NCBI GenBank assembly: GCA_028717165.1
Contig: JAQUOK010000001.1
Span: 1 to 63,291 of the forward strand
Reading direction: 5' to 3'
Origin: Victivallaceae bacterium
Lineage (GTDB): Bacteria; Verrucomicrobiota; Lentisphaeria; Victivallales; Victivallaceae
DNA: 63,291 nucleotides
Below the pieces are notes generated by a model. It worked only from the letters and a program-made list of their open reading frames with translations, was not told the origin of the DNA and searched no databases. Positions 55,571-63,291 of the stretch are shown one piece after another (within the stretch, counting starts at the first letter, position 1; every line of letters begins with the position of its first letter). Both the position numbers and the translations under genes were made by a program.

Positions 55571-56785
55571 GTGGATACCGGGACAATTGACATTGTTCAG
55601 AACTATGAGTGGAATGATGTGACAGATAAAGGGACTTACTGTTTTGCGAACGGGTACCTGAACATGCGGGGCGATATCGCCTGTAAGCGGGAACTGGGCA
55701 GAGCAATTTGCGGCGCCGAAAGCGCTTTGGAAATAACTTTCCGGGTAATTCTGGGCAAATCCTGCTTTATTAATTGGGAAGACTCGAACGGCGCCATTGC
55801 GTTCCGTTGCATGATCGATGCGGACGGACAAATCAAATTTACCGACGGAGAAGGGAAAAATATAATTGATACCGGCTTGTATTTGACTTTTCACCGGGGT
55901 ATCCCGTTCAATAATCCCAGGTTTAGAAAAAGCTATACCGTCATTTCCGACGAACATGTCCTGAATTTTCGACAGTTCGATCTGAGGACCGGCGAATTTA
56001 TGGTTGTTTTCGACAATCAGGTTCCGGTCAAAATTACCATCCCGCCGCGGAAGAACGCCGATTTTCTGAAGTCCGTCGAAGTGCAGGCCGGGCCGTCCGC
56101 GGAACAGGCCGACTTCCGTTTGAAAAGCTATCGGGAATATTTCAAAACTGAACTTATTGCCGAAGATATTTTTCAACTGAATTGGGAGGCGCTTCCTGAA
56201 ACCGTCTGGGGAACCCCTTATGACAATATTACCGGTTCCGAGTTTCGACCTAAATTCGGGCGCTGGCTGGAAGTTACCACCGGTTACGGTTATGTAAAAA
56301 CCCGGATACCTCCACTGCGCAAAGGCTATGTGGAATTTGATTTAATGACTGAAGACATTGAAAAAGAATCGGTGTTCCTGATAGAAGAAGCGTCCGAGGA
56401 AATAAAAAACGGCGTGGCCTGCTGCGGTATTTATCATGGTAAATTCTGTTTTTTCAACGAAGTCCCCCCGGTGTTTTCAGAAATCCGGTATGCGGAAGAC
56501 CTCGAACCGCTTCCGGGCAAAGTATATTTGCTCAGGCTCGAATGGGATTGCGATTTGAGATTCTGCAGTGTAAGCATTAACGGAATACCGGTCAGATTCG
56601 GCGGCAGGATCAGGCAGAATATTCTGAAACTTCCGAAAAACGGAGTCGACACTCTTACTATCCATCCCGGTTTATACGGAGCCCGGCTTTCCGAACTTGA
56701 AAGCCGCGGAAATGTGAAAGAAACGGCTGCCCCTTTACATAAGAGTTACTGGGGAGCTTTCAGAATAAAAAATAAGGAATGGTAA
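55571..56785 (+). CDS. hypothetical cytoplasmic protein D, 404 aa (beta-rich, unassigned family)
   Basis: GTG start 5 nt after AAGGAGG. No signal peptide. Confidence 0.65.
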   Translation: MDTGTIDIVQNYEWNDVTDKGTYCFANGYLNMRGDIACKRELGRAICGAESALEITFRVILGKSCFINWEDSNGAIAFRCMIDADGQIKFTDGEGKNIIDTGLYLTFHRGIPFNNPRFRKSYTVISDEHVLNFRQFDLRTGEFMVVFDNQVPVKITIPPRKNADFLKSVEVQAGPSAEQADFRLKSYREYFKTELIAEDIFQLNWEALPETVWGTPYDNITGSEFRPKFGRWLEVTTGYGYVKTRIPPLRKGYVEFDLMTEDIEKESVFLIEEASEEIKNGVACCGIYHGKFCFFNEVPPVFSEIRYAEDLEPLPGKVYLLRLEWDCDLRFCSVSINGIPVRFGGRIRQNILKLPKNGVDTLTIHPGLYGARLSELESRGNVKETAAPLHKSYWGAFRIKNKEW

Positions 56786-56787
56786 TC

Positions 56788-57771
56788 ATGAAATTCGGTT
56801 TTATCGGCGTCGGCGATTATGCGGCGACCCACCTTGCGGCTATTGAAAATGACCCGGAATTGGAACTGGTCTCGGTATTCGATGTCAATCCGGAAGCCGC
56901 CGGCAATACCGCCAGGCGTTTCGGGTGCGGAATTGCCGGTTCGCTAAAGGAAATCACGGAGAACGGAAAGATCGACGCGGTGATAATATCCTCTCCCAAT
57001 TATCTGCATTTTGAACATTTCAAGGCGTGCGCCGCGAACGGCAAACATGTTTTAATGAATATTCCCGCGTTTACCGATGCCGCCGAAGCGGCGGAAATGG
57101 TAGATATCGTAAAACGGGAAAAGATAATATTCATGCCCGGACACAATACCAGGAAAAATCCGGCGATCGTTGAATTGAAAAAACTTCTCGACACCGGCGG
57201 TATCGGGGACGTCCATATGGCGGACAGCGTGGTCTCATGCGACCGCGGCTACCGGCTTTCCCCCGCCGAATGGCGGTTCTCGGCCGCAAAGGCGCCGCTG
57301 CTGCCTTTCACCCAGATGGGAATAGTATCCATTGATTTAATTCTCTATTTCTGGGGATGTCCTGAAAGTGTAAGCGCTTTCATGACGAAACGGGACGGGG
57401 CCGGGGATGCTCCCGACAGCGGCGTGGTTATATGCAAATATGCCGACGGCAGGATCGCCGAAATCGGCTGTTCCTATGTTTGTTCAGGCAGCTATGCGCT
57501 TACTTTCCGGGGCAGTAAAGGAAGCGTTGTCTGGGATCTTATGGATGAAAATTCAATTACCCTTAAACAGCGGCAGGTAAGCAGGAAAAGTTTCCCCCGG
57601 ATATGCGAACAGCATTGCGAGTTGCGGGAATTCTGCGACTGTATCAGGAATGGGAACGAACCGGGCGTCAATGCGCTGGACGCCTACAATCTTGCGGAAT
57701 TTTACGACTGCATTGCTCAATCGGTACGCAGCGGACAGGCAATAAAATTCAGGAACTACAGTCATGGATAA
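56788..57771 (+). CDS. Gfo/Idh/MocA-family NAD(P)-dependent oxidoreductase
   Basis: 'MKFGFIGVGDYAATHL', 'DAVIISSPNYLHFEHFKACAANGKHVLMN'. The ATG at 56788 is preferred over the track's 56779. Confidence 0.88.
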   Translation: MKFGFIGVGDYAATHLAAIENDPELELVSVFDVNPEAAGNTARRFGCGIAGSLKEITENGKIDAVIISSPNYLHFEHFKACAANGKHVLMNIPAFTDAAEAAEMVDIVKREKIIFMPGHNTRKNPAIVELKKLLDTGGIGDVHMADSVVSCDRGYRLSPAEWRFSAAKAPLLPFTQMGIVSIDLILYFWGCPESVSAFMTKRDGAGDAPDSGVVICKYADGRIAEIGCSYVCSGSYALTFRGSKGSVVWDLMDENSITLKQRQVSRKSFPRICEQHCELREFCDCIRNGNEPGVNALDAYNLAEFYDCIAQSVRSGQAIKFRNYSHG

Positions 57772-58300
57772 GCTGCTTATCATTCAGGGCAGTCCCCGGA
57801 AAAAGGGCAATACGGAATTCTGCTGCAACTATGTCCGTGAACGACTTGCAGCAAAGTTTGAGGCGGATATCATCAATCTTTATGATTATCGCATTCGGCA
57901 TTGCACCGGCTGCCGCGGCTGCATGAAAAAAGGCAGCTGTGTCATTCAGGATGATGATTTCGAGTTTATCCGGAAACAGGTGTTCGCGGCCGACATAATT
58001 ATTCAGGCTTCCCCGGTTTACTGGTACAGTCCACCGGGAATAATGAAAGATTTCATAGACCGGATGCATGGAACCTATATCTGTAAACGGCCGCTGAACG
58101 GAAAACGCGGCGCTATGATTACGGTTGCGACTGAGGCAGGGTTTGAACATACCGCAGAAATCCTCGCCTGCTGGCTGCGCCAGTACGGCGCTGAAATAGT
58201 GGAAAATGCCAGGATAAACGCCTGCGAACCTGGAGACGTCGCCGCAAACCCCGCCAATCTCACGGAACTGAACCGGCTTTGTGAAAGCCTTATGGTCTGA
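57764..58300 (+). CDS. flavodoxin-like FMN reductase / iron-sulfur flavoprotein family protein
   Basis: 'LLIIQGSPRKKGNTE', Cys cluster 'CTGCRGCMKKGSC', 'ASPVYWYSPPG'. 8-nt overlap with the oxidoreductase gene. Confidence 0.82.
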   Translation: MDKLLIIQGSPRKKGNTEFCCNYVRERLAAKFEADIINLYDYRIRHCTGCRGCMKKGSCVIQDDDFEFIRKQVFAADIIIQASPVYWYSPPGIMKDFIDRMHGTYICKRPLNGKRGAMITVATEAGFEHTAEILACWLRQYGAEIVENARINACEPGDVAANPANLTELNRLCESLMV

Positions 58301-58379
58301 GATAACCGGTACTGCTCTTTCCTTTCCATACTGATTTCGACAGGAAGTTTGTCTGGTACAGGGGGATTGTAAAAAACCT

Positions 58380-59444
58380 TCAGTCCATCTGTTTGCGGCG
58401 GTAGGATTCGACTTCCCAGTTCTCGATGAAATCGCGCGCCGCATCGTCAAGATAGTTTATTCCGCCGAAGGCTTCGGCAAGCTGCTTTATCAAAGCGCCG
58501 TCTTTAGCCAGTTCCAGCGCCAGACAGGCTCCTGTGAGGTTTGGCCCTATGGAATATACCGTTCCCGGAGTTTCCAGGATTTTCGGATAATAGCCTTTTG
58601 CTTCTTTGAATTTCCGTATCGACTGTTCTGAAATACCGCCTTTGTGGACAAAGGATTTCATATAGACGATATGATCCGGGGAAATCGGGCCGTCCGCGGC
58701 TGAAAAAGCCTTTGCGCTTATTACCGCCTGCATTTCCGCGGCCGGAAACGCTTTTTTGAAAACCTCAAAATCACCGGGATTGAGTTCGATATCCCGTTCT
58801 TCCAGAGTCAGGGGAATATTCGCGGCCGCATATTCCTTCTTCAGTTCGGAAAAAATAAAAGCATAGATTTCCTGTATTCTTTCCGGCGAATTCCCGGCGA
58901 CAAAGACCCCGTGGTTTTTCAGGAACACGATTTCCGGCTGTCTGCCGTACCGTTTACGGTAATCCGCTGTTTTGTCCCGTACCGCCTGATAAAGAGTGAT
59001 CCCCGGATCAATATACCCCATCCATAAAGCCTCAGGGAAAAGTTTCCCGCAGACGGCTTCGCCGTTTTTCGCGCAGGTCATGCCGTTAACCGGCGCCGGA
59101 TGAGTGTGAATGACATAGCGGCAGTCAAAAAGGTTATGCAGCGGGGTTTCCACCGACGGCCGCCCGGTTGAACCGGGACATACGGCAGCGGCCATGATAT
59201 CCTTGGCCAGCGCTTCCCGCTGCCGGACGTCGCCGGAAACGGAAACTTCATCCATTTTCATGATTTTTGCGCGTTCCAGCGTTACAAATCTGTCCGGCGT
59301 AATTGTCCCCATTGTCGAACCGGAGGGTTTCACCCAGATCGTATTTTCGGTTTTGACCGACGAATTCCCGCCGCCGCCCTTGACGTATTCGCCGCTGCCG
59401 AATCTGCGGGTCAGTTCAGTAAGGGTATTGAGTAAAGCTTCCAT
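58380..59444 (-). CDS. class II aldolase/adducin-family protein, putative rhamnulose-1-phosphate aldolase (resembles the aldolase half of the long bifunctional YuxG-type enzymes)
   Basis: 'GGGNSSVK' and 'YVIHTHPAPVNGM'. 1-nt overlap with rhaA. 354 aa. Confidence 0.75.
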   Translation of the reverse strand: MEALLNTLTELTRRFGSGEYVKGGGGNSSVKTENTIWVKPSGSTMGTITPDRFVTLERAKIMKMDEVSVSGDVRQREALAKDIMAAAVCPGSTGRPSVETPLHNLFDCRYVIHTHPAPVNGMTCAKNGEAVCGKLFPEALWMGYIDPGITLYQAVRDKTADYRKRYGRQPEIVFLKNHGVFVAGNSPERIQEIYAFIFSELKKEYAAANIPLTLEERDIELNPGDFEVFKKAFPAAEMQAVISAKAFSAADGPISPDHIVYMKSFVHKGGISEQSIRKFKEAKGYYPKILETPGTVYSIGPNLTGACLALELAKDGALIKQLAEAFGGINYLDDAARDFIENWEVESYRRKQMD

Positions 59445-60712
59445 TAACCGTTTCTCCTGTTCAAGACTTTCTTTTCATATTTTTCGACTTCCGCCAGCCA
59501 GTCAAGCCCGGCCGGGACTCCCTGCTGCGCGCAGTAATAATCCCAAACCCCGCTCAGCGGGAAGAATTTCTGTTCTTCCAGGATTGCCAGGCGTGAAGTA
59601 TAATTGCCCGCGTTTTCGAGCCTTTTGAGTTTAGCGGACGGTTCCAGCAGCGCCGCGCAGAGCGCTTTCAGCATATTCCTGCTCCCGATAACCCAGGCGG
59701 CTATCCGGTTGATCGAGGCGTCGAAGAAATCCAGCCCGATATGGACCCGGTCCTGGAATTTGTTGCGGATTATTTCCTGCGCGATAGCCAGCAGTTCCTC
59801 GTTGTAGGTTACGACATGGTCGCTGTCCCACCTGACCGGGCGGCTGACGTGCAGGAGAATTTCATCGAGAAATTGCAAGACCGAAGATATTTTATCGGAA
59901 ACGGCTTCAGTCGGGTGAAAATGCCCGGTATCAAGACAAAGCAGAAGATTGTTTTTAACCGCGTAGCCCATGTAGAATTCGTGAGAGCCGATCACGCAGC
60001 TTTCGGAACCGAGCCCGAACAATTTGCTTTCAACCGCGTCAAGATGGTATTTCGGGTCGAGTTTTTCAGCACACATTTCGTCAAGCGAAGCCTTGAGGCG
60101 GGCACGGGCGCCGTTCCGGTCAACCGGAATGTCCTTGAAGCCGTCCGGTATCCAGATATTCATCACGCAGGGGGAACCGAGTTCTTTGCCGATGTATTCG
60201 CTGATCCTGCGGCAGGCTTTGCCGTGCGCTATCCAGAAATTGCGGATCCCGTCATCATTGCTGCTGAGGGTAAAGCCGCTGTCCGCTTTAGGGTGCGCAA
60301 AAAAAGTCGGGTTGAAATCCATGCCCATGCCTTTTGATTTCGCCCATTCAACCCAGTTTTTAAAGTGTTCCGGCCTGATTCGGTCGCGGTCAACAAATTC
60401 GCCGCCGCTTTCCAAGTAACAGGCATGCAGGTTAAGACGGTGTTTGCCCGGGATCAGCGACAGGGCTTTGGCGAGGTCGGCACGCAGTTCCTCCGGGGTA
60501 CCGGCGCGGCCCGGATAATTCCCGGTCGCCATGATCCCGCCGCCGCTGCTGCCGGGCTCGGCCACTTCAAAACCGCCGACGTCGTCCCCCTGCCAGCAAT
60601 GGATCGAGACCGGAATTTCCTGCAACTGCGCCAGAGCCGCGTCCGTATCCACTCCGATTGCGGCATAGCGTTCTTTGGCTGCCTGATAAGCTTCGTTAAC
60701 TGCCTTATTCAT
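59444..60712 (-). CDS. rhaA: L-rhamnose isomerase
   Basis: Long collinear identity to E. coli RhaA as I recall it: '[11 protein letters not shown]', 'TGNYPG', '[12 protein letters not shown]', '[16 protein letters not shown]', '[20 protein letters not shown]'. Confidence 0.95.
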   Translation of the reverse strand: MNKAVNEAYQAAKERYAAIGVDTDAALAQLQEIPVSIHCWQGDDVGGFEVAEPGSSGGGIMATGNYPGRAGTPEELRADLAKALSLIPGKHRLNLHACYLESGGEFVDRDRIRPEHFKNWVEWAKSKGMGMDFNPTFFAHPKADSGFTLSSNDDGIRNFWIAHGKACRRISEYIGKELGSPCVMNIWIPDGFKDIPVDRNGARARLKASLDEMCAEKLDPKYHLDAVESKLFGLGSESCVIGSHEFYMGYAVKNNLLLCLDTGHFHPTEAVSDKISSVLQFLDEILLHVSRPVRWDSDHVVTYNEELLAIAQEIIRNKFQDRVHIGLDFFDASINRIAAWVIGSRNMLKALCAALLEPSAKLKRLENAGNYTSRLAILEEQKFFPLSGVWDYYCAQQGVPAGLDWLAEVEKYEKKVLNRRNG

Positions 60713-62169
60713 TTTCCGCTCCTGATTTGTTGAAAATTCCGCCAGGCTTTATTCCAGGCGGACATATTTCCCGGTTTATAAGTATCGATTTCAAAAGAGT
60801 CCGCAATTATTTTTCTCGCCGCCGCCGGGTCTTTAATATGCCCCAGCGCGATAGCCTGAACAATGAGGTTGCCCGCCGCCGTTCCCTCGCACGGCCCCGC
60901 CAAAACCGGCAGCCCGGTCGCGTCGGCGGTGATTTGGCAAAGCAGCTTATCCTGACAGCCGCCGCCGATAACGTGAATACGGTTGATTTCCTGTTTCTGA
61001 ATGTCCCTTAACTGTTCCAGGGTTTCCTTATAGAGAAAACCGAGCCCTTCCAGGGCACAGCGGACATACGCGCCGTCGCTTTGCGGCGGGCGCTGTCCGG
61101 TCGCCAGACAATATTCGTCAATGGCGGTCTTCATGCATTCGGGATTGAGGAATCCCGGATTGTTGACGTCGATAAAGGTGCGGAACGGTTCTGCCTCGCG
61201 GGCAATGTTTTCCAAATCAGTATAGGAATAGTCTTTCGTAAAACCGTTTTTCAAACCGCGGACAAGCCACAGCCCCATAATGTTCTTCAATAAACGGAAA
61301 GTCCCGGCAACTCCGCCTTCGTTGGTAAAATTATATTCCCGCGCTGCCTCGCTGCAGACTGCGCTTTTCGTTTCGATCCCCATCAGCGACCAGGTGCCGG
61401 AACTTATATATGCCCAGTCCCGGCCTTCAGCGGGAACGGCGGCGACGGCGGACCCGGTATCATGGGTGGCGGGCAGGATCACCGATACCGCCGGCAGGCC
61501 GGTTTTTTCCTGAACGGAAGAAAGCAGCGGGCCCAGCACGGTCCCCGGCAGGCGCGGCCTTTCAAAAAGCCCCCGGTCTATGCCAAGCGCGGCAAGCAAG
61601 GCGCCGTCCCAATCGCAGGTGCCGCTGTTCAGGAGCTGGGTAGTGGTCGCATTGGAATACTCATTGGCCTTAATTCCGGTCAGGCGGAAATTCAGATAAT
61701 CCGGGATCATCAGAAAACGTTTTGCCCGGCTGATATCCCCGTTTTTCCGTGCCGCCCATAATTGATAAAGCGTATTGAACTGCAGAAACTGGATTCCGGT
61801 TTTGGCGTAAATATCACGTTTCGGCACCAGGCTGAAGAATTTCTCCATCAGCCCGTCCGTTCGCGAATCGCGGTAGGCGCTCACCGGACAGGCGATCCGG
61901 TCGTTTTCGTCAAGCAGGACATAGTCACAGCCCCAGGTGTCAATACCGATCGAATCCGGCGGGGCGTCGAGCTGCCGCGCCGAAATTTCCAGTCCTTTGA
62001 GGATTTCTGCGAAAAGCGCCTCGACATCCCAGCGGCAATGGCCGTTTTCCTGCCGCATAGCGTTGGTGAAACGGAATGTTTCATCTAAAACCAGAACAGA
62101 ACCGTCAAAGCTGCCGTGAATTATCCGGCCGCTCCCGGCGCCGATATCGACTGCCAAATAATTACACAT
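60709..62169 (-). CDS. rhaB: rhamnulokinase (FGGY kinase family)
   Basis: '[10 protein letters not shown]', '[14 protein letters not shown]', 'YRDSRT', '[13 protein letters not shown]', 'SSGTWSLMG', 'NEGG', 'LKNIMGLWL', 'IHVIGGGCQ'. 4-nt overlap with rhaA. Confidence 0.93.
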   Translation of the reverse strand: MCNYLAVDIGAGSGRIIHGSFDGSVLVLDETFRFTNAMRQENGHCRWDVEALFAEILKGLEISARQLDAPPDSIGIDTWGCDYVLLDENDRIACPVSAYRDSRTDGLMEKFFSLVPKRDIYAKTGIQFLQFNTLYQLWAARKNGDISRAKRFLMIPDYLNFRLTGIKANEYSNATTTQLLNSGTCDWDGALLAALGIDRGLFERPRLPGTVLGPLLSSVQEKTGLPAVSVILPATHDTGSAVAAVPAEGRDWAYISSGTWSLMGIETKSAVCSEAAREYNFTNEGGVAGTFRLLKNIMGLWLVRGLKNGFTKDYSYTDLENIAREAEPFRTFIDVNNPGFLNPECMKTAIDEYCLATGQRPPQSDGAYVRCALEGLGFLYKETLEQLRDIQKQEINRIHVIGGGCQDKLLCQITADATGLPVLAGPCEGTAAGNLIVQAIALGHIKDPAAARKIIADSFEIDTYKPGNMSAWNKAWRNFQQIRSGK

Positions 62170-62604
62170 ATAAAACCTGCCCTGCGCTTAGGAGTCATTC
62201 AAAAATAACTGAAACTTTCTACTGGCGTCTCAGGGGCACTTTCGGCTCCGCCGCTTCGTTACAAAGCGCTGCGGCTTTGCTCCTCACCGGCGAATCCAAA
62301 ATTTCTCCCTGATACCCTCAGGATAAAGTTCCACTTATTTCTTCACAACTCCTTAGTTATAATTTCCGTCAGATTATTAATTTTACAAGAAACACGGAGA
62401 TTTTTCCTTGATTTTTTCGACAAAAAACAGCACAGCAGCGACAACCGAATGTGTCAACGGCGAAACCGGCAAGAAAATTTTGTATTGTAAAACACGGAAG
62501 AACCCGAATAAGGCGGTTGAAACGCAAAAATATCTTTAAGCGGAACATTGTGCATATGAATCTAAACCGAAGCGGATGAGGCTACAAAAAACAAGCTTGA
62601 CCGC

Positions 62605-63291
62605 TTAGGCGAGACTCATGCACATAATACATCCGATCCCGGCAAGTACTCCCAGGATTTTCCGGAAATTCAACTTTTCTCCCAGCAGCAAAAGTCCCAG
62701 AGCCCAGGTGCCCAGAAAACTCATTTGCGCTATCGGCAGTACCACCGCGGCATCCCCGTACTGCAGCGCCAGGGCCATGAACAGCACTATCCCGCAGATA
62801 AGCAGCCCGGAAAGCACGCCGTAACTCCAGCTTTTGCCGCCCGCCTTGCCGCTTAAATGTTTTTCCCTGAACAAAAGATAAACCCCGCCGCCGATAATCC
62901 ATAATACTCCGTTGATAAGCAGCAGAACATTTCTGTCCGTTCCCTGAAGAAATGCGTATTTATAGCTCAAACCCATACCGGCCCGCAATAAAGCCGCGAT
63001 CCCGACCAGGTAGAAACCCAGTTTCGTCCGGTCAGCCGTATCGCCATGATATGATACCGGGAAAAACATCAGAACCGCTGCCGCCGCAAAAGCGATCCCG
63101 GTTATTTTCAAAGCCGTAACGGTTTCGCCCAGAAGCCAAAAAGCGCCGAGAGCGACAACAACCAGGTTCAGGCGGTAAATTGTCGAACATACTCCGACTT
63201 CGTTATGACTCATGCCTTCGATCAGCAGAATATTGGCCGCCACTGAAAACAGCCCGGAAACGATTCCCCAGAACAAAGTCGTTCCGCTGAA
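62605..63291 (-). CDS. EamA/DMT-superfamily transporter, 5'-truncated by the window edge
   Basis: Multiple TM helices and an EamA-like 'LLGE' motif. The reading frame stays open to position 63291. Confidence 0.75.
   Translation of the reverse strand, partial: FSGTTLFWGIVSGLFSVAANILLIEGMSHNEVGVCSTIYRLNLVVVALGAFWLLGETVTALKITGIAFAAAAVLMFFPVSYHGDTADRTKLGFYLVGIAALLRAGMGLSYKYAFLQGTDRNVLLLINGVLWIIGGGVYLLFREKHLSGKAGGKSWSYGVLSGLLICGIVLFMALALQYGDAAVVLPIAQMSFLGTWALGLLLLGEKLNFRKILGVLAGIGCIMCMSLA

Noticed and set aside
62215-62320. GC-rich segment upstream of rhaB that looked like a third REP-like family
   Set aside because: There is only one copy in the window, only short imperfect self-complementarity, and no clear match to family A or B. 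I cannot support calling it a repeat.

Overview
This is a 63.3-kb chromosomal segment with about 55 protein-coding genes. I found no rRNA, tRNA, CRISPR array, integrase or transposase by eye.

**Likely source (inference only).** The gene content suggests an anaerobic, saccharolytic member of the PVC superphylum, Lentisphaerota- or Kiritimatiellota-like. Supporting features:
- a '[16 protein letters not shown]' pseudopilin-like protein
- a giant LamG/CBM9/DUF4091-like secreted protein
- 2-oxoacid and indolepyruvate ferredoxin oxidoreductases, and HydE

**Housekeeping genes.** ribF, coaD, yceD, corA, an MscS channel, rfbA, mnmA and a hypoxanthine-DNA glycosylase.

**Accessory and carbohydrate genes.**
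- a DegT aminotransferase / amidohydrolase / epimerase / glycosyltransferase group
- two tandem phosphohexomutase paralogs
- a GT / GT4 / SGNH operon
- a rhaB-rhaA-aldolase rhamnose operon

**Most notable observations.**
1. A tightly packed six-gene operon at 50989-58300 is controlled by a divergent AraC regulator. It has four cytoplasmic proteins I cannot assign to any family, then a Gfo/Idh/MocA oxidoreductase and an Fe-S flavoprotein. It lies next to the rhamnose genes and is my best candidate for an undescribed system, possibly a glycan-catabolic one.
2. In the tandem 454-aa phosphohexomutase pair, the upstream copy has lost the catalytic Ser and the metal-binding Asp residues.
3. A near-consensus sigma-54 promoter (TGGCATGCTAATTGCT) lies upstream of a 2-oxoacid:ferredoxin oxidoreductase operon. 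A receiver-less sigma-54 activator is encoded divergently.
4. An exact 18-bp quasi-palindrome occurs three times in intergenic DNA.
5. There are two families of REP-like palindromic elements. One of them supplies the C-terminal tail of an AraC regulator.
6. A T8 homopolymer frameshift separates a signal peptide from an SGNH hydrolase.
7. A membrane-anchored HTH/coiled-coil protein is paired with an N-terminally extended Upf1-like helicase.

All family assignments come from motif recognition by eye. No searches were run.
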